A stretch of DNA of 64,000 bases, from positions 186,001 through 250,000 of the forward strand of contig QPMI01000482.1 of NCBI GenBank assembly GCA_004431415.1, in the 5' to 3' direction. This DNA is from Cyanophora paradoxa CCMP329. Taxonomy: Eukaryota > Plantae > Glaucophyta. This document shows, in pieces, positions 35,001-45,526 of this stretch (positions are counted from its first letter, which is position 1; the number at the start of each line of letters is the position of its first letter). The position numbers were made by a program, and so were the translations under genes. Below the pieces are notes generated by a model, which did not search any database, was not told where the DNA came from, and saw only the letters and a program-made list of their open reading frames with translations.

Positions 35001-36086
35001 AAAAGAGCACCTATCAGAGGCGCAGCGAAAAACTATTGAGCGTGAAAAACTAAGCGGGATCGAGAGAACGCCAAAGCTGGTTCCAAACCTGTTGCCAAAG
35101 AAGAATTATGTTGTTGATGCACGAGTGCTACAGTTTTATGTGTCGATGGGAATGGTTGTTTCTAGAATACACAGAGTGCTTTCGTTCGAGCAAAGTGCAT
35201 GGCTAGAGAGCTATATCGATTTGAACACTCTGAAGCGAAAACAGGCAGAATTCCCGTATGAAAAAGATCTTTATAAGCTACTAAATAATGCGGTGTTTGG
35301 GAAAACGATGGAAAACGTACGCAAGCACTGCAATTCAGAGCTTGTGACAACAGGAGAACGACTAGCGAAAATCAACACAGAGCCGAACCGCTTGAGACAG
35401 GTCGCTATCTATGACGAAAACTTGGTGTATGTAAATAAGCGAAAGAGCGAATACAAACTCAACAAACCGATCTACTGTGGGTTCACAATCCTTGATCTAT
35501 CAAAGCTACATATGTATCGGTTTTACTACCAGGTGCTGAAAGCGCTTTGGGGCGAGCGGCTTAAGCTACTTGGAACAGATACAGACAGTCTCATTATTCA
35601 GATTGAGACCGAAAATTTATACGAGGACCTTCGCAAAATCAAAAACGAGCTAGATGTTAGTGAATACCCTACGAGTCACCCGTTCTTTGAAGGGATGTCA
35701 GAAGACGAAGTGCAGCGACTAAGATCGATGGGCAAGGTTCCAGGGCTGTTCAAGGACGAGTGTGGCGGCAGACAAATGCTTGAGTGGATCGCGAACCGAC
35801 CGAAATCGTACTATATGAGCACAGAGGAATCACAAGTGCACAAGTGCAAGGGCGTTAACAAGACGTTCAGCAGCTCGCTGACACGAGAGCGATACTACGA
35901 CTGCATCTTTGGGGCATATCATGCAACGTAGATGGAATTCTCGGCTTCAGATCGAAACAGCATCGGATCTGGCTACAGCGGACATCAAAGCAAGCCCTAC
36001 ACCCGCTTGATACCAAGCGATTCCTGTGCGAGGATGGTGTGAACACCAGGGCGATAGGTCACTATAAAAATCTTTCGAATAACTAA
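32044..36086 (+). CDS. Protein-primed DNA polymerase B with embedded EndoVII-like Zn module (apparent frameshift ~35912)
   Basis: YADSE, RDHCH...CNACN, FHNGRGFDFH, RKGVYPY, YLDANNLYG, KLLNNAVFGKTMEN, DTDS; C-terminus FRSKQH...KQALHPLDTKR...AIGHY continues in another frame. Confidence 0.93.
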
Positions 36087-37014
36087 TGGCACCCTCATTC
36101 AAAATCACTGCACCACCAGGGCATATCAAGTCGACATACTTTTCATAGGACGTTTTCGACTATTTGCAGCGATTGAGATTGCAACTCGATTCGCAGTTGT
36201 CAGAAAGCTTGAAGATGCTAAACAGATTCCGAAATTCATCGCTCAGCTGCCTGGGATCTGGGGTTTTTCGGGCGACAATGGCTTTAATACGGCTGCTGTG
36301 CGGGCAATGGCCGAAGAGAATTCATTTTCGATGCACACTGACGTCGCTAAGGATGATCACATATCGAAAGGCGACAAGCTAGGGATCATCGATCGATTCG
36401 CACGGACATTGCGAGCCATGATTCAGGCAGACACAGAGGAACGAGGGTCGCCGAATTTTCTCTCCCGGCTGCCTGCTTTGATCAAGGCATACAATCAAAC
36501 AAAACACAGCTCTTTTGGCAGAGAGTATTCACCAGCCTGGATGCGAGATCACCCGCAGATCGCTGCCCAGCTGCACCAGGTGCGTCAACGACAGAACGAC
36601 ATTGAGAGAGACGCGTTGAATCTACCAAAGCCAGGGACTGAGGTGCAGATACTGGAGCCTAAGAGCAGCATCTTTGCGAAGGGAGCTACGAAACCGAGCA
36701 AGGAGACGTACACAGTCGTGGGACAGGACAGGAACCGAATAAGGGTCGCAACCAAAGAGGGACAGATATTAAGCCGTAGAATCAAGCCTTCAGAAATTCG
36801 AGCCCCGAGACAGCTTCCAAATCAGTCAAAAATAGAACGAGCTGCGGCCAAAGCAAAGCAAGAGCAACAGCTACGGCGCGAGGGTCTCATTGAAACGAAA
36901 AAGTATAGCGGACAAAGTCGGCAAGCTCGTGAGCTCAAAAAACTAGAGGTTGCAGGGGAGCCTTCACTGCGATTAGGAAGTAAGGTCGCTGGAAACTATG
37001 CCCGCCGCAATTAG
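36086..37014 (+). CDS. Retroviral-like (rve) integrase (apparent frameshift ~36120)
   Basis: MAPSFKITAPPG / YQVDILF, GDNGF, LGIIDRFARTL, YNQTKHSS. Confidence 0.85.
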
Positions 37015-37290
37015 CGACCTAATTTCAGTGCGCCTTCGCTCTCGGTATTTTCGGTCGTTGTCAAGTTTTCGTTCAGGGTGTGCAAGGTTATATTGACGGG
37101 AGACAGCAATCTGCCGCTGCCGGTAATCTGGATTTTCATGGTATCGCTTTCGCTGCAGATCTGCACGTCTTTTGCGTCTCTCTGCAAGTATCTCTGGCGT
37201 AACCTCAGTACGTATGTGCACAGGCTTATCAATATTCTTGCGAGGCCTGCCTCGTGGACGGGAAGCAGTCGTTAGTTCAGCACTGTCCAT
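36973..37290 (-). CDS. Basic AT-hook protein
   Basis: RPRGRPRK. Confidence 0.65.
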   Translation of the reverse strand: MDSAELTTASRPRGRPRKNIDKPVHIRTEVTPEILAERRKRRADLQRKRYHENPDYRQRQIAVSRQYNLAHPERKLDNDRKYRERRRTEIRSLIAAGIVSSDLTS

Positions 37291-37392
37291 TTGATGAGTG
37301 GTGCTGTGATTGTTATATAGGAAAGAAATTCGAGAAACGTTTATGGCGCGTTCAAATCGAAAAATTAAATCGCAGCGGTTTATATAAAACAA

Positions 37393-37620
37393 ATGCCAGG
37401 AACAATTCGATTTGGAAAATACCGCGGTGAAACTCATTTGAAGGTTGTTTTAACCGATCCAAAATATGCCGAATGGTTATTATCTTGGGAACATCTCCGT
37501 GAGTACGATAAAAGGGAATTGCAGCGGGCCTTTGAGATTTGTCAATCAAATGATCGAGCAAAACAGCGAAGGAGACCAACTGTAGAAGGAGAGGATCTGC
37601 CCGATTTTGATTTACCTTAA
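37393..37620 (+). CDS. Small DUF3820-like protein
   Basis: FGKYRG...DPKYAEWL. Confidence 0.65.
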   Translation: MPGTIRFGKYRGETHLKVVLTDPKYAEWLLSWEHLREYDKRELQRAFEICQSNDRAKQRRRPTVEGEDLPDFDLP

Positions 37621-37652
37621 AGATATCTCAATCTCAGAATGTAAAGAGAGAC

Positions 37653-38186
37653 ATGGAGGTCACAATTCCAGATGTTCCCGAAGGTGTTGCGTTGATTCCA
37701 ATTACTGGTCGTAGGAATGGTAGAAACGGAATTGTTGTAGCTTATGCACTTGTGTCGCAGGATGATGCTCAACGTGCGCTCGGATTTCGCTGGCGTTTGG
37801 ATAAATATGGATATGCCAGAACCATGATCAATGGAAAGACCGTGTATTTGCACAACTACATCAGCGGCAACTTGGAGAACGGATTGACTGTTGATCACAT
37901 AAATCTGAACAAACTTGATAATCGTCGCGAGAACCTGCGACTGGCAACAAAGCGGCAGCAGAATTTGAACCAAAACCGACGGGTCACAAACACATCAGGA
38001 TTTATTGGAGTTAGCTTACATCAGCAGATTGGTAAATGGGAGGCGCGATATCGGATAAATGGTCGCAAAAAGCACATCGGTTACTTTACCACTGCTGAGG
38101 CAGCAGCTCGTGCCAGAGACACCTTTGCCCTTCAGCATACTTCCGAATCTGATCGTCCATTTCTGCGTCTAAATTTTACAACCTAA
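37653..38186 (+). CDS. HNH-AP2 endonuclease 1
   Basis: VDHINLNKLDNRRENLR; SGFIGV...W...HIGYFTTAEAAARARD. Confidence 0.92.
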   Translation: MEVTIPDVPEGVALIPITGRRNGRNGIVVAYALVSQDDAQRALGFRWRLDKYGYARTMINGKTVYLHNYISGNLENGLTVDHINLNKLDNRRENLRLATKRQQNLNQNRRVTNTSGFIGVSLHQQIGKWEARYRINGRKKHIGYFTTAEAAARARDTFALQHTSESDRPFLRLNFTT

Positions 38187-38787
38187 TCCTTCTCCCTCCC
38201 ATCGCATTCTTCAGTTGCGACCCAGTAGCATTTGGCTCAGAAACATTGGGAGTTGCTGGTTTAACCTCGGCAGAGTCAAGCGATTGCTCGGCTTTAGCTT
38301 TTTCGTTTTTCAGATACCGCAAATCCGGCATGTCAACAGGTCTATGTTTAAACATCTCGCTACGAAGCATCTCCCTAATTTTCGAACGTTCTTTTTTCTC
38401 TTTTACGTAGCTCTCGATATTAGCTGATCGAGCCTCAAGATCTCGCAATTTAGCTGTTAGTTCCTCGATCTGACTCTTTGATACTGTTGCTGTCTTGATT
38501 TTTGGCCCTGAATAACGTGGTTCAGACGCCATTGCTTGGATAATTCGAGCAGACTGCATATCGTTTACAGTTTTAGCCTGGCTTTGTCGGTCGTCAACCG
38601 CACTTGCATTAGCTGCTGCCGAGGCGATCGTTTTCGCTACAGGGGCATTTAGTTTGGGGTTACTTGCGAGTTCCCCGCTAGGATTAGCAACAGCTGCGCC
38701 TTCAGTCGACCCACTTTCAACTAGTGGTTCAACAACATTGACCTTGCGTCTTTCACGATATCCCTTCTTAGGAATCCCTTTTGCCAT
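38176..38787 (-). CDS. Hypothetical protein 203 aa
   Basis: ORF directly downstream of the ATPase. Confidence 0.65.
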   Translation of the reverse strand: MAKGIPKKGYRERRKVNVVEPLVESGSTEGAAVANPSGELASNPKLNAPVAKTIASAAANASAVDDRQSQAKTVNDMQSARIIQAMASEPRYSGPKIKTATVSKSQIEELTAKLRDLEARSANIESYVKEKKERSKIREMLRSEMFKHRPVDMPDLRYLKNEKAKAEQSLDSAEVKPATPNVSEPNATGSQLKNAMGGRRIRL

Positions 38788-38796
38788 CTTATTTTA

Positions 38797-39570
38797 TTAA
38801 GATAATATTTTAAAACGCCTTTTTTTAGAGATAACAGGCAATTCTTTTTTAGACTCTTCTTCATTCTTAAGCCCGAAGGGCAAGGAGCCCTCCTTGGGCG
38901 AAGCCCACTTTGTAAAACGAAAACTCTTATCTTCAACAGCTTTGTCGACGTACCAGGCCGTATCATACTTGGTCCCATCCAAAACTAAGCACTGATAATC
39001 GTGCGCCCAAGTCTCGAACAAGGCGATGAACTTATCCTTTGGTAGGTGTGAAAAGTCTCGATAAATTGCCTCCAGTTCAGTATGATTAGAGTAACTGAAG
39101 AAAAAACAATAATCAGCATTAGAACGAATCGATTGACTAAGAGCTGTTAGTTTTTGCGACATTAAAATCGTAGAAATGCAAAAATGGCGGCACTGCATAA
39201 AAAGTCGATTAACAACCTTGCTGTTTCGAAGATCAACAGTTTCAGATGCAGCAACAAGATCGTCCAATACAAGTAATATCTGCGGCGCTTTCTTTTTGTT
39301 TTCGATTAGAGCGCGCTGTGAATCAATGATTTCTGCAACAATGGCAGGTTGAAAATCATCGTAAAGCTCTTTTGTTATTGCTTCGTATTCACCATTGAAT
39401 TTGGTGGCCGTAAACACAACCACTCGATTAATCTTTGGATATAGCAGTCGAAGCAGATGCTTTGTGCAATAGAACGATTTGCCACTATTAGATTTCGATA
39501 TAAACAGGGCTTTAAAAGGGACCCTCATATCGCTAGGCTGGAACTTTGCGAGCTCTTGAGACTCATCCAT
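38797..39570 (-). CDS. A32-like FtsK/HerA packaging ATPase
   Basis: SKSNSGKS, LLVLDDL, CRHFCISTILMSQ, IRSNADY. Confidence 0.9.
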   Translation of the reverse strand: MDESQELAKFQPSDMRVPFKALFISKSNSGKSFYCTKHLLRLLYPKINRVVVFTATKFNGEYEAITKELYDDFQPAIVAEIIDSQRALIENKKKAPQILLVLDDLVAASETVDLRNSKVVNRLFMQCRHFCISTILMSQKLTALSQSIRSNADYCFFFSYSNHTELEAIYRDFSHLPKDKFIALFETWAHDYQCLVLDGTKYDTAWYVDKAVEDKSFRFTKWASPKEGSLPFGLKNEEESKKELPVISKKRRFKILS

Positions 39571-39708
39571 CAAAAAATAGTCGTCAGACAAGCCGAAGGC
39601 AAGGAGCCTTCTTGGCTCCGCACTGCCTCGGCTGCGCCCAACTATTGATATTCGCAGGCAAACACAACCGCGACCGCAGGCGAGTCAGCTTGTCTGGCGA
39701 CACTGTGA

Positions 39709-41096
39709 CTAGAGATTAACTTTCCGCAGTCCCGCAGCATCAACAATTAGGACAGTGTGAAGGAGAGCGCGAATTTGGACGTAAATCTTGTTGTTAGCAT
39801 CATACGCAGCAGGGTTCATGATATTCAGGAAGCAGCTGCTGGAGTTCGTCAGATCTACGAAACCAGTTTGAGCAGCATTTCGAATCGATTTATCCCCACT
39901 AATGCAAAATGGCAATCCAGTCAGAACATACCGATTAAGGGGTGCGTCGAGATTGGAGCACTTGAAGACATCAGCGATGAGTTCAGCACCTTGCAATAGA
40001 GGAACAGGCTCATTTGAATAAAGCCGCTGTCCATTCAATTCGCAGGAAATAGTAATATCGCGAGCATTAGCCTCGGTTTTGAGGACACTGTGTTTTCCAT
40101 CAGTTTGGTTCATGTTTGGCTGCTTGCGAATGCTAACGAATAGGCCGTAACAAAGTCCACTGATTTGAGACAGATTAATTCGGGTGGGCGCACCAGCACC
40201 AGCATAAGTAATTGAATCAGCATCAACCCAGCCGACATCGGTAGCGGGAATTGCGATTCCAGACGTTTTGACTTTCTCAATCACCTGGGCAAAAGTGGCC
40301 TCATCAACGTTGATGCAATGAGCAATAATCTTTGGATTCGAAAGCTCCGGATTGGCAGGGGTGACACTGAGAACATTGGGAGTTATATTCTAGCCGATGT
40401 TTGCAGGGATGCAGCAGCAGCTCCCACGCTCCCAAGTCCATCTTCTTTAGAAGCATCACCGCCTATGGCATATTCTGTTACAAACCTACCACCATAGCTG
40501 GTTTCGACGAAGCCCTGGGCACGATCACGGAACCAAACCTCGACGGAAACCTCGCCAGATAGAGCACCAATCGGAAGCACAGAACCCTCCCAGGGACAGG
40601 GGATTTTTACACTGAAAATACCTCCAGTGCGATTGCTCCCCTGAGGTGGTGTTCCATGGAGCCAGCCACCGGATCGGTACTTCTTTTTAAGCTGAGCATC
40701 ATCATTGAAAATCAGAGCGCTGTGAACAAGCCAGTCCTCGGGGACAATGTAGCTGTAGGAAGCATATTTGATTTCGATTCGCTTTACGAGAGCACCAACC
40801 GATCGCAAATAACCAGTGCGAACCAGGTCAGTGTCACCAGTAAATGCTGTCAGCTCGGGAAGGGTAAACTGGAGTTCGAGCCCCTGAAGGAAATTGTAGC
40901 GGGGCAGGAAATAAGTAACCCTCTTTCCGAAGCAGTCTCCATAGTCATTGCTTGGGTTGACAACAACACGCACAGGCTTTGTTTGGCTGGTTAGACCTAA
41001 CATAAGCTCATTGTTCATGAAGAAGTCCTTTGCTTCCTGCGGAGTTGTCAGGAGCTCTTTGAGACCGAGCCGCTGCAAGTTTTGGGTAACATCCAT
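39709..41096 (-). CDS. Major capsid protein, double jelly-roll (apparent frameshift ~40389)
   Basis: ~460 aa when joined, beta-rich (YFLPR...LELQFTLP, VKRIEI, PIGAL...VEVWF); lies between ATPase and pentons. Confidence 0.72.
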
Positions 41097-41141
41097 TGAA
41101 GTATATAATTGCAGTGAAAGAAAATAATTTGGGCGCTTAGC

Positions 41142-42098
41142 TCAATTTGACGAATTGATCCAAGGATATGTCTTTGACCTTTTCTGGAGCTGAAGCTTTG
41201 CAAGTTCGTAAACAACATCACCATTGGGTTCGTCAGGACCATAACGAATTTCGAGAATAAATGACACAGGAGCTCCATTTAAATCAGCGATTCGCTGCAT
41301 AAAATCGTAAATCTCAATAGTCACAGAGTAGAGGTCCAGCTTTGAATAAACATACTTATACAAAGGAGTTGCTTCAGTTGAATCATAGTAGGCTGTTTCG
41401 CCTGGACGGAGGGCGCTGGGAATGCTGAGCTTTGAGAAAAAGCCAGGAATTGAAGTATTGGGCATACTGACAAGGTCACCAATTTCAGGAATGCGAAGTA
41501 GCACATGATCATCGGGAGTGACATCGGGTTCATAAGCGCCTTCTATATATTGAATATCGACAGTTAAAGCCTTAGACCGAATCGGTAGAATTGATCGCAA
41601 GCCTAGCAGCTTTGCAGTTCGCTGAGCCCTAGCAACAGCCTGGTAGTTTCTGATTTCCCGCCCACCCAGGTTCGGTGCCAACATCAGAGCAATAAAGAAC
41701 TCGAAGCTAGCTGTGAACCCTATTGATTTAACTGCTGAATTATACGTGCACGTGATACCAGTCCCCGTCAACCTTTCGTTTATCTTTGTCACAAGCGAGG
41801 TGACGTCGTAATTTCCAGGTGGAATTGTAATGTTATTCCAGGCTCCAAAACCTGGCTGAGGTGGGTCTGGTCCCTCATTTGCAGGATCATATTTGCACCA
41901 ATATATATACGTGTCAAACACTAAATCCTCTGCTGGATCGAGTGCATCAACTGTGCTCATTGTGTTGGGGATCTCAGCAGATACCAGGCGCACGGCTTTT
42001 ACATCCTGATAAACTTTAGGCAGTCTTACTTTAAATTTTGAGGTGGATGTCAGCTCATCCGCTTGGTGGCTTGCAATGCAGACGTAGTCCGTCGGCAT
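41142..42098 (-). CDS. Minor capsid (penton) protein 1
   Basis: FKVRLP...VRLVSAEIPNT, IPPGNY, DLNGAPVSFILEI. Confidence 0.8.
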   Translation of the reverse strand: MPTDYVCIASHQADELTSTSKFKVRLPKVYQDVKAVRLVSAEIPNTMSTVDALDPAEDLVFDTYIYWCKYDPANEGPDPPQPGFGAWNNITIPPGNYDVTSLVTKINERLTGTGITCTYNSAVKSIGFTASFEFFIALMLAPNLGGREIRNYQAVARAQRTAKLLGLRSILPIRSKALTVDIQYIEGAYEPDVTPDDHVLLRIPEIGDLVSMPNTSIPGFFSKLSIPSALRPGETAYYDSTEATPLYKYVYSKLDLYSVTIEIYDFMQRIADLNGAPVSFILEIRYGPDEPNGDVVYELAKLQLQKRSKTYPWINSSN

Positions 42099-42125
42099 CT
42101 TTTTTATATCAGTTAGAGAATAAAA

Positions 42126-43043
42126 ATGGTCGAAGACAAGCATCGACGCTGCGCCAGGCTCAGCTTTGACAGTAGAGACAGAAGGCCAATCGATTCAGAG
42201 GCAAACTTTGTGCTAGAAATAAATGAACCTATAATCAATCCAGTTGCTGTTCGACTTACCCAGTGTGAGTTCGCAAACAGCCTTTACACGAGCATTAGAG
42301 ATGAGTATCTTTCGATCACCTTCCCCAACATTTGGACGGAAAATCTGGCAGTTTTTGAGCCTGGTATAATTACTACTGCAAATATGGGCGAAACAGATCT
42401 TTACAACTTTGGCCTATCGTTTAAGTTTGAACTGGGGGGAATCGTAATAGCATATTTCAAATTGTTTCGGGACCCAGAGACACTGAAGATGTCTGCCTAT
42501 TGCAACCGTTCCTGCACAGTAACCTGCCAGTTCAAAGCTCTATCGAATCTGCTAGGGCTGAACCGAAATGAGCCCCTCCAGCTGTCTCCTATCGTGTTTG
42601 AAGGAGGACAAAGATCAGTAACTGCAGCTGAGCGATATCTCGAGGTTGCTGGCATTCCAGTAACACCTTCACACCCTGAATATGGCGTGGATTTCACCGA
42701 AAGAATGCGGAGTGAGCCACTTGGTTATGCTGTCGAATTTCCAAAGATAATTGACATGAACAGCGACCAGTATCTATTCCTAGTCTGTGAAGAGCTTCGA
42801 CCATTTGCTTCAAAGCTTCGCCGTGGGGCCAAATCAATGTGCAACTACGGGCTTGCTCGAATTCAAATGAGTCAGGACGTTGGCAAATTCGTTTACATAA
42901 ATCAGGATCACAACGGCGAATGGATCCCCATCGAAGAGCGACTTGTGTTGACTTCCTTGCGACTGCGCATTGTAGACAGAGATGGTGATGATGTATTACT
43001 GAATGGATTGCCATGGTCTGGGGAGCTCCAGTTCATCACTTAG
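42126..43043 (+). CDS. Minor capsid (penton) protein 2
   Basis: FDSRDR...VRLTQCEFANSLY; LRIVDRDG...LNGLPWSGEL. Confidence 0.78.
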   Translation: MVEDKHRRCARLSFDSRDRRPIDSEANFVLEINEPIINPVAVRLTQCEFANSLYTSIRDEYLSITFPNIWTENLAVFEPGIITTANMGETDLYNFGLSFKFELGGIVIAYFKLFRDPETLKMSAYCNRSCTVTCQFKALSNLLGLNRNEPLQLSPIVFEGGQRSVTAAERYLEVAGIPVTPSHPEYGVDFTERMRSEPLGYAVEFPKIIDMNSDQYLFLVCEELRPFASKLRRGAKSMCNYGLARIQMSQDVGKFVYINQDHNGEWIPIEERLVLTSLRLRIVDRDGDDVLLNGLPWSGELQFIT

Positions 43044-43555
43044 AAGTTAAGTTGTAGAAATGGGTGATCAACTTCGGGAGTATTTGCAAGCGCATAGGCA
43101 TCTCGAGCACTAGCAGCAGCTTCAGCAGTAGTATAGTAGCCGATGTGCTTTTGACGACCATTTATTTTAAATTTAGCATGCCATTTTCCACGCTGCTGAT
43201 GGAAGCAAACACCAATGAAACCACTTGTGTTATTTCGCAGCTGGCCACGATTCAAATTCTGCTGCCGCTTTGTTGCTACTCGTAAGTTTTCACGTCTATT
43301 ATCAAGTTTGTTTAAATTGATATGATCCACTGTCAACCCTCCCTCAATATTCGGGTAAAGGAAATTATGCAATCTAATTGTTTTTTTCTTTCCATCCACT
43401 TTCACACTTCTTACTGCATAGCCATTGCCATCATTCAAATGCCATTTATTTTGAAGCACTCTTTCAGCATCCTCTTGGGACACAAGGGCATAGGCTCTGA
43501 TATTCCCTCGGTGATCGCGAAGTGGAACTGTTACTGCTCCATAAGGAATGTCCAT
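43040..43555 (-). CDS. HNH-AP2 endonuclease 2
   Basis: Same motifs as copy 1. Confidence 0.9.
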   Translation of the reverse strand: MDIPYGAVTVPLRDHRGNIRAYALVSQEDAERVLQNKWHLNDGNGYAVRSVKVDGKKKTIRLHNFLYPNIEGGLTVDHINLNKLDNRRENLRVATKRQQNLNRGQLRNNTSGFIGVCFHQQRGKWHAKFKINGRQKHIGYYTTAEAAASARDAYALANTPEVDHPFLQLNF

Positions 43556-43663
43556 TTCTACAGCTGGACTGCTCACCTTTTCAGTTAGAAACCTTCAATC
43601 TCTTTAAGGCAAGAAGCCACTTGTGCTCCGCACTGATTTTAAAAGCGGCACAATATATAAAAA

Positions 43664-44025
43664 ATGTCGCAGTTGATGCCCATAGCTCAGATTGAAAAGT
43701 ACTTACCGTTGATGCGGGACAAAAAAGTATCACTTGTTGCGATTGGAGATAAGCCAAGCACAGTCGGCAGACAAGCTGCCTCGGCTGCGCCCAAACAAAC
43801 CTAGGTTTTCTGCAAGCTTACCGCCGATTTGGTCCTGACGGAATCAAAAAGGAGTTCGCAACCAAAAACACAACTTGGTATCAGCGAAGAGAGAATTACA
43901 TTAAGAGGCGACTGGGAGGGCGTAATGGAGCACCATTTTGGGAGAAAGATAAATCTGGCAGAACTATTCCAACACGTCTTGGACTCTCTCTGATTTCCTG
44001 GGCATTCATGCCGCCGCCTAATTAA
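43664..44025 (+). pseudogene. Small gene interrupted by a 32-nt insertion (not in the ORF track)
   Basis: MSQLMP...KPST then NLGFLQAY...WYQRRENYIKRR...PTRLGLSLISWAFMP; deleting 43763-43797 restores one frame. Confidence 0.6.
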
Positions 44026-45502
44026 TGTAACGTCCCCGGAAATCAAGCCGGAATGCATTCACATTTATAAATTCGTTTGTTATAATTTGCACATAGTTAT
44101 ATACCTGTGGGGTGAACAAATGCGAGTCACTATGCATTAGATCGAAGCCTGCCATTGTTGGGTTCGCAGCAAGCACATTTGCTAGGACCGTATTTTCAAA
44201 AAGCCTCCCATCTTGGACATATCCTAAGTTGGTCAGAATGCTGAAATTAAATAGGACTCCGGCAGCAAATGCTGGCCCATACATAATGATTTGATGTAGC
44301 TCAAAAGGCTTGGGAAACTCGACTTTAATCCAGGGATTAGGTAAAGTGCCCCCTTGGAACCCTGTTGAGTTGGGTCGCACATGAGAAGGTGGGTGCAATT
44401 CCTCAAAGTCGTTGCTTGTAATGTTTGCATCTGGAATTATAAACCAGTTGACATCAAATGGCGGCTCAAATGTTAAAGTAGACGATATGATTAGTCTCTC
44501 ATCGTTCAGTAGGTCGTAGTTCGCCAGTAGAAAGCTGCAGAGTGCATTTATTTTAGCATTTATTTCGGTTTGTTTCAGCCATAAATCAGTCGTGGAAATC
44601 AAATAAGAAATATTCGATGGGGAGGCATCGTCAAGCTTGCTCATGACTGCAGCTGGTAGCGGAACACTTAAACGCCAGTATCTTGTTAGATTCCTATCCG
44701 CATCAACTGGAAGCAGTTCCTGCATTTGAAAGTGCGATTCCAGCTCGCTACCAGCCATTAGCATAGAAATGATTGGGCTGCCTGAGAGGGATAGGATCCA
44801 GCCCAGTGCGCCCCAGCCTGACGTCTCCGAATTCGAAAAGCCTGCAGTCAATTGCTCACTGGCTTGGACTTCACCACAGCTAATGCTCACAAGAACAATT
44901 GGATCTTCTGCATCGTAAATTTTACTGGCGTGGCTGAGTGCAGCAACTGAGGGATTATTCAAACAGGCAATTGCCCCGTCAACAAGGTTTTTGTCTCCTA
45001 GAACCTTCGGTGGAAAGAATGTTGGCGCTGCAGAAGATGCTCTAACTGCATCACGAATCAGCGTGCTCGAGTATGGCCCATCTTTGGTGAAAACTACGGG
45101 CTGCATCCGAACTGTATCAAACGCTGTAATTAATATGTCTTTGGTCGATTCTGCAATTGTGTAGTCTAGGGCAACGTCTGTGAGCACCGACTCTAGAGGG
45201 TTTGCATCATAGCGGCTTCCTGAGAGCAAGCTTGTGAGTGATCTCGGATTTGCAAATATTACAGGTAGGTTCGTTTGATATAGACTCAAGATATCACCTG
45301 CAGAATATCGGTAAGCAAGAACAGAGCCTGGAGTTGATGGGATCGCCAATCCGGCCGCTATTATTGCCCCTGTTGAGGTGCCTGCAAAGAAATCAAACAG
45401 CTGTGGTATTGCTTTCCCAGTAATCGCCTCAATCCGCTGTAGAATTCGGGCAATGACTATGCCACGAGCACCTCCACCTGATAGTGAGAGAATGACCTTC
45501 AT
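44018..45502 (-). CDS. Patatin-like phospholipase with C-terminal beta-rich domain
   Basis: GGGARG, GTSTG, ASSAAPTFF, DGA. Confidence 0.9.
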   Translation of the reverse strand: MKVILSLSGGGARGIVIARILQRIEAITGKAIPQLFDFFAGTSTGAIIAAGLAIPSTPGSVLAYRYSAGDILSLYQTNLPVIFANPRSLTSLLSGSRYDANPLESVLTDVALDYTIAESTKDILITAFDTVRMQPVVFTKDGPYSSTLIRDAVRASSAAPTFFPPKVLGDKNLVDGAIACLNNPSVAALSHASKIYDAEDPIVLVSISCGEVQASEQLTAGFSNSETSGWGALGWILSLSGSPIISMLMAGSELESHFQMQELLPVDADRNLTRYWRLSVPLPAAVMSKLDDASPSNISYLISTTDLWLKQTEINAKINALCSFLLANYDLLNDERLIISSTLTFEPPFDVNWFIIPDANITSNDFEELHPPSHVRPNSTGFQGGTLPNPWIKVEFPKPFELHQIIMYGPAFAAGVLFNFSILTNLGYVQDGRLFENTVLANVLAANPTMAGFDLMHSDSHLFTPQVYNYVQIITNEFINVNAFRLDFRGRYIN

Positions 45503-45526
45503 TTTTAAAAGGGGGCTTATATAAAA

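Noticed and set aside
43763-43804. GT...AG spliceosomal intron
   Set aside because: Removing 42 nt does not restore the downstream frame
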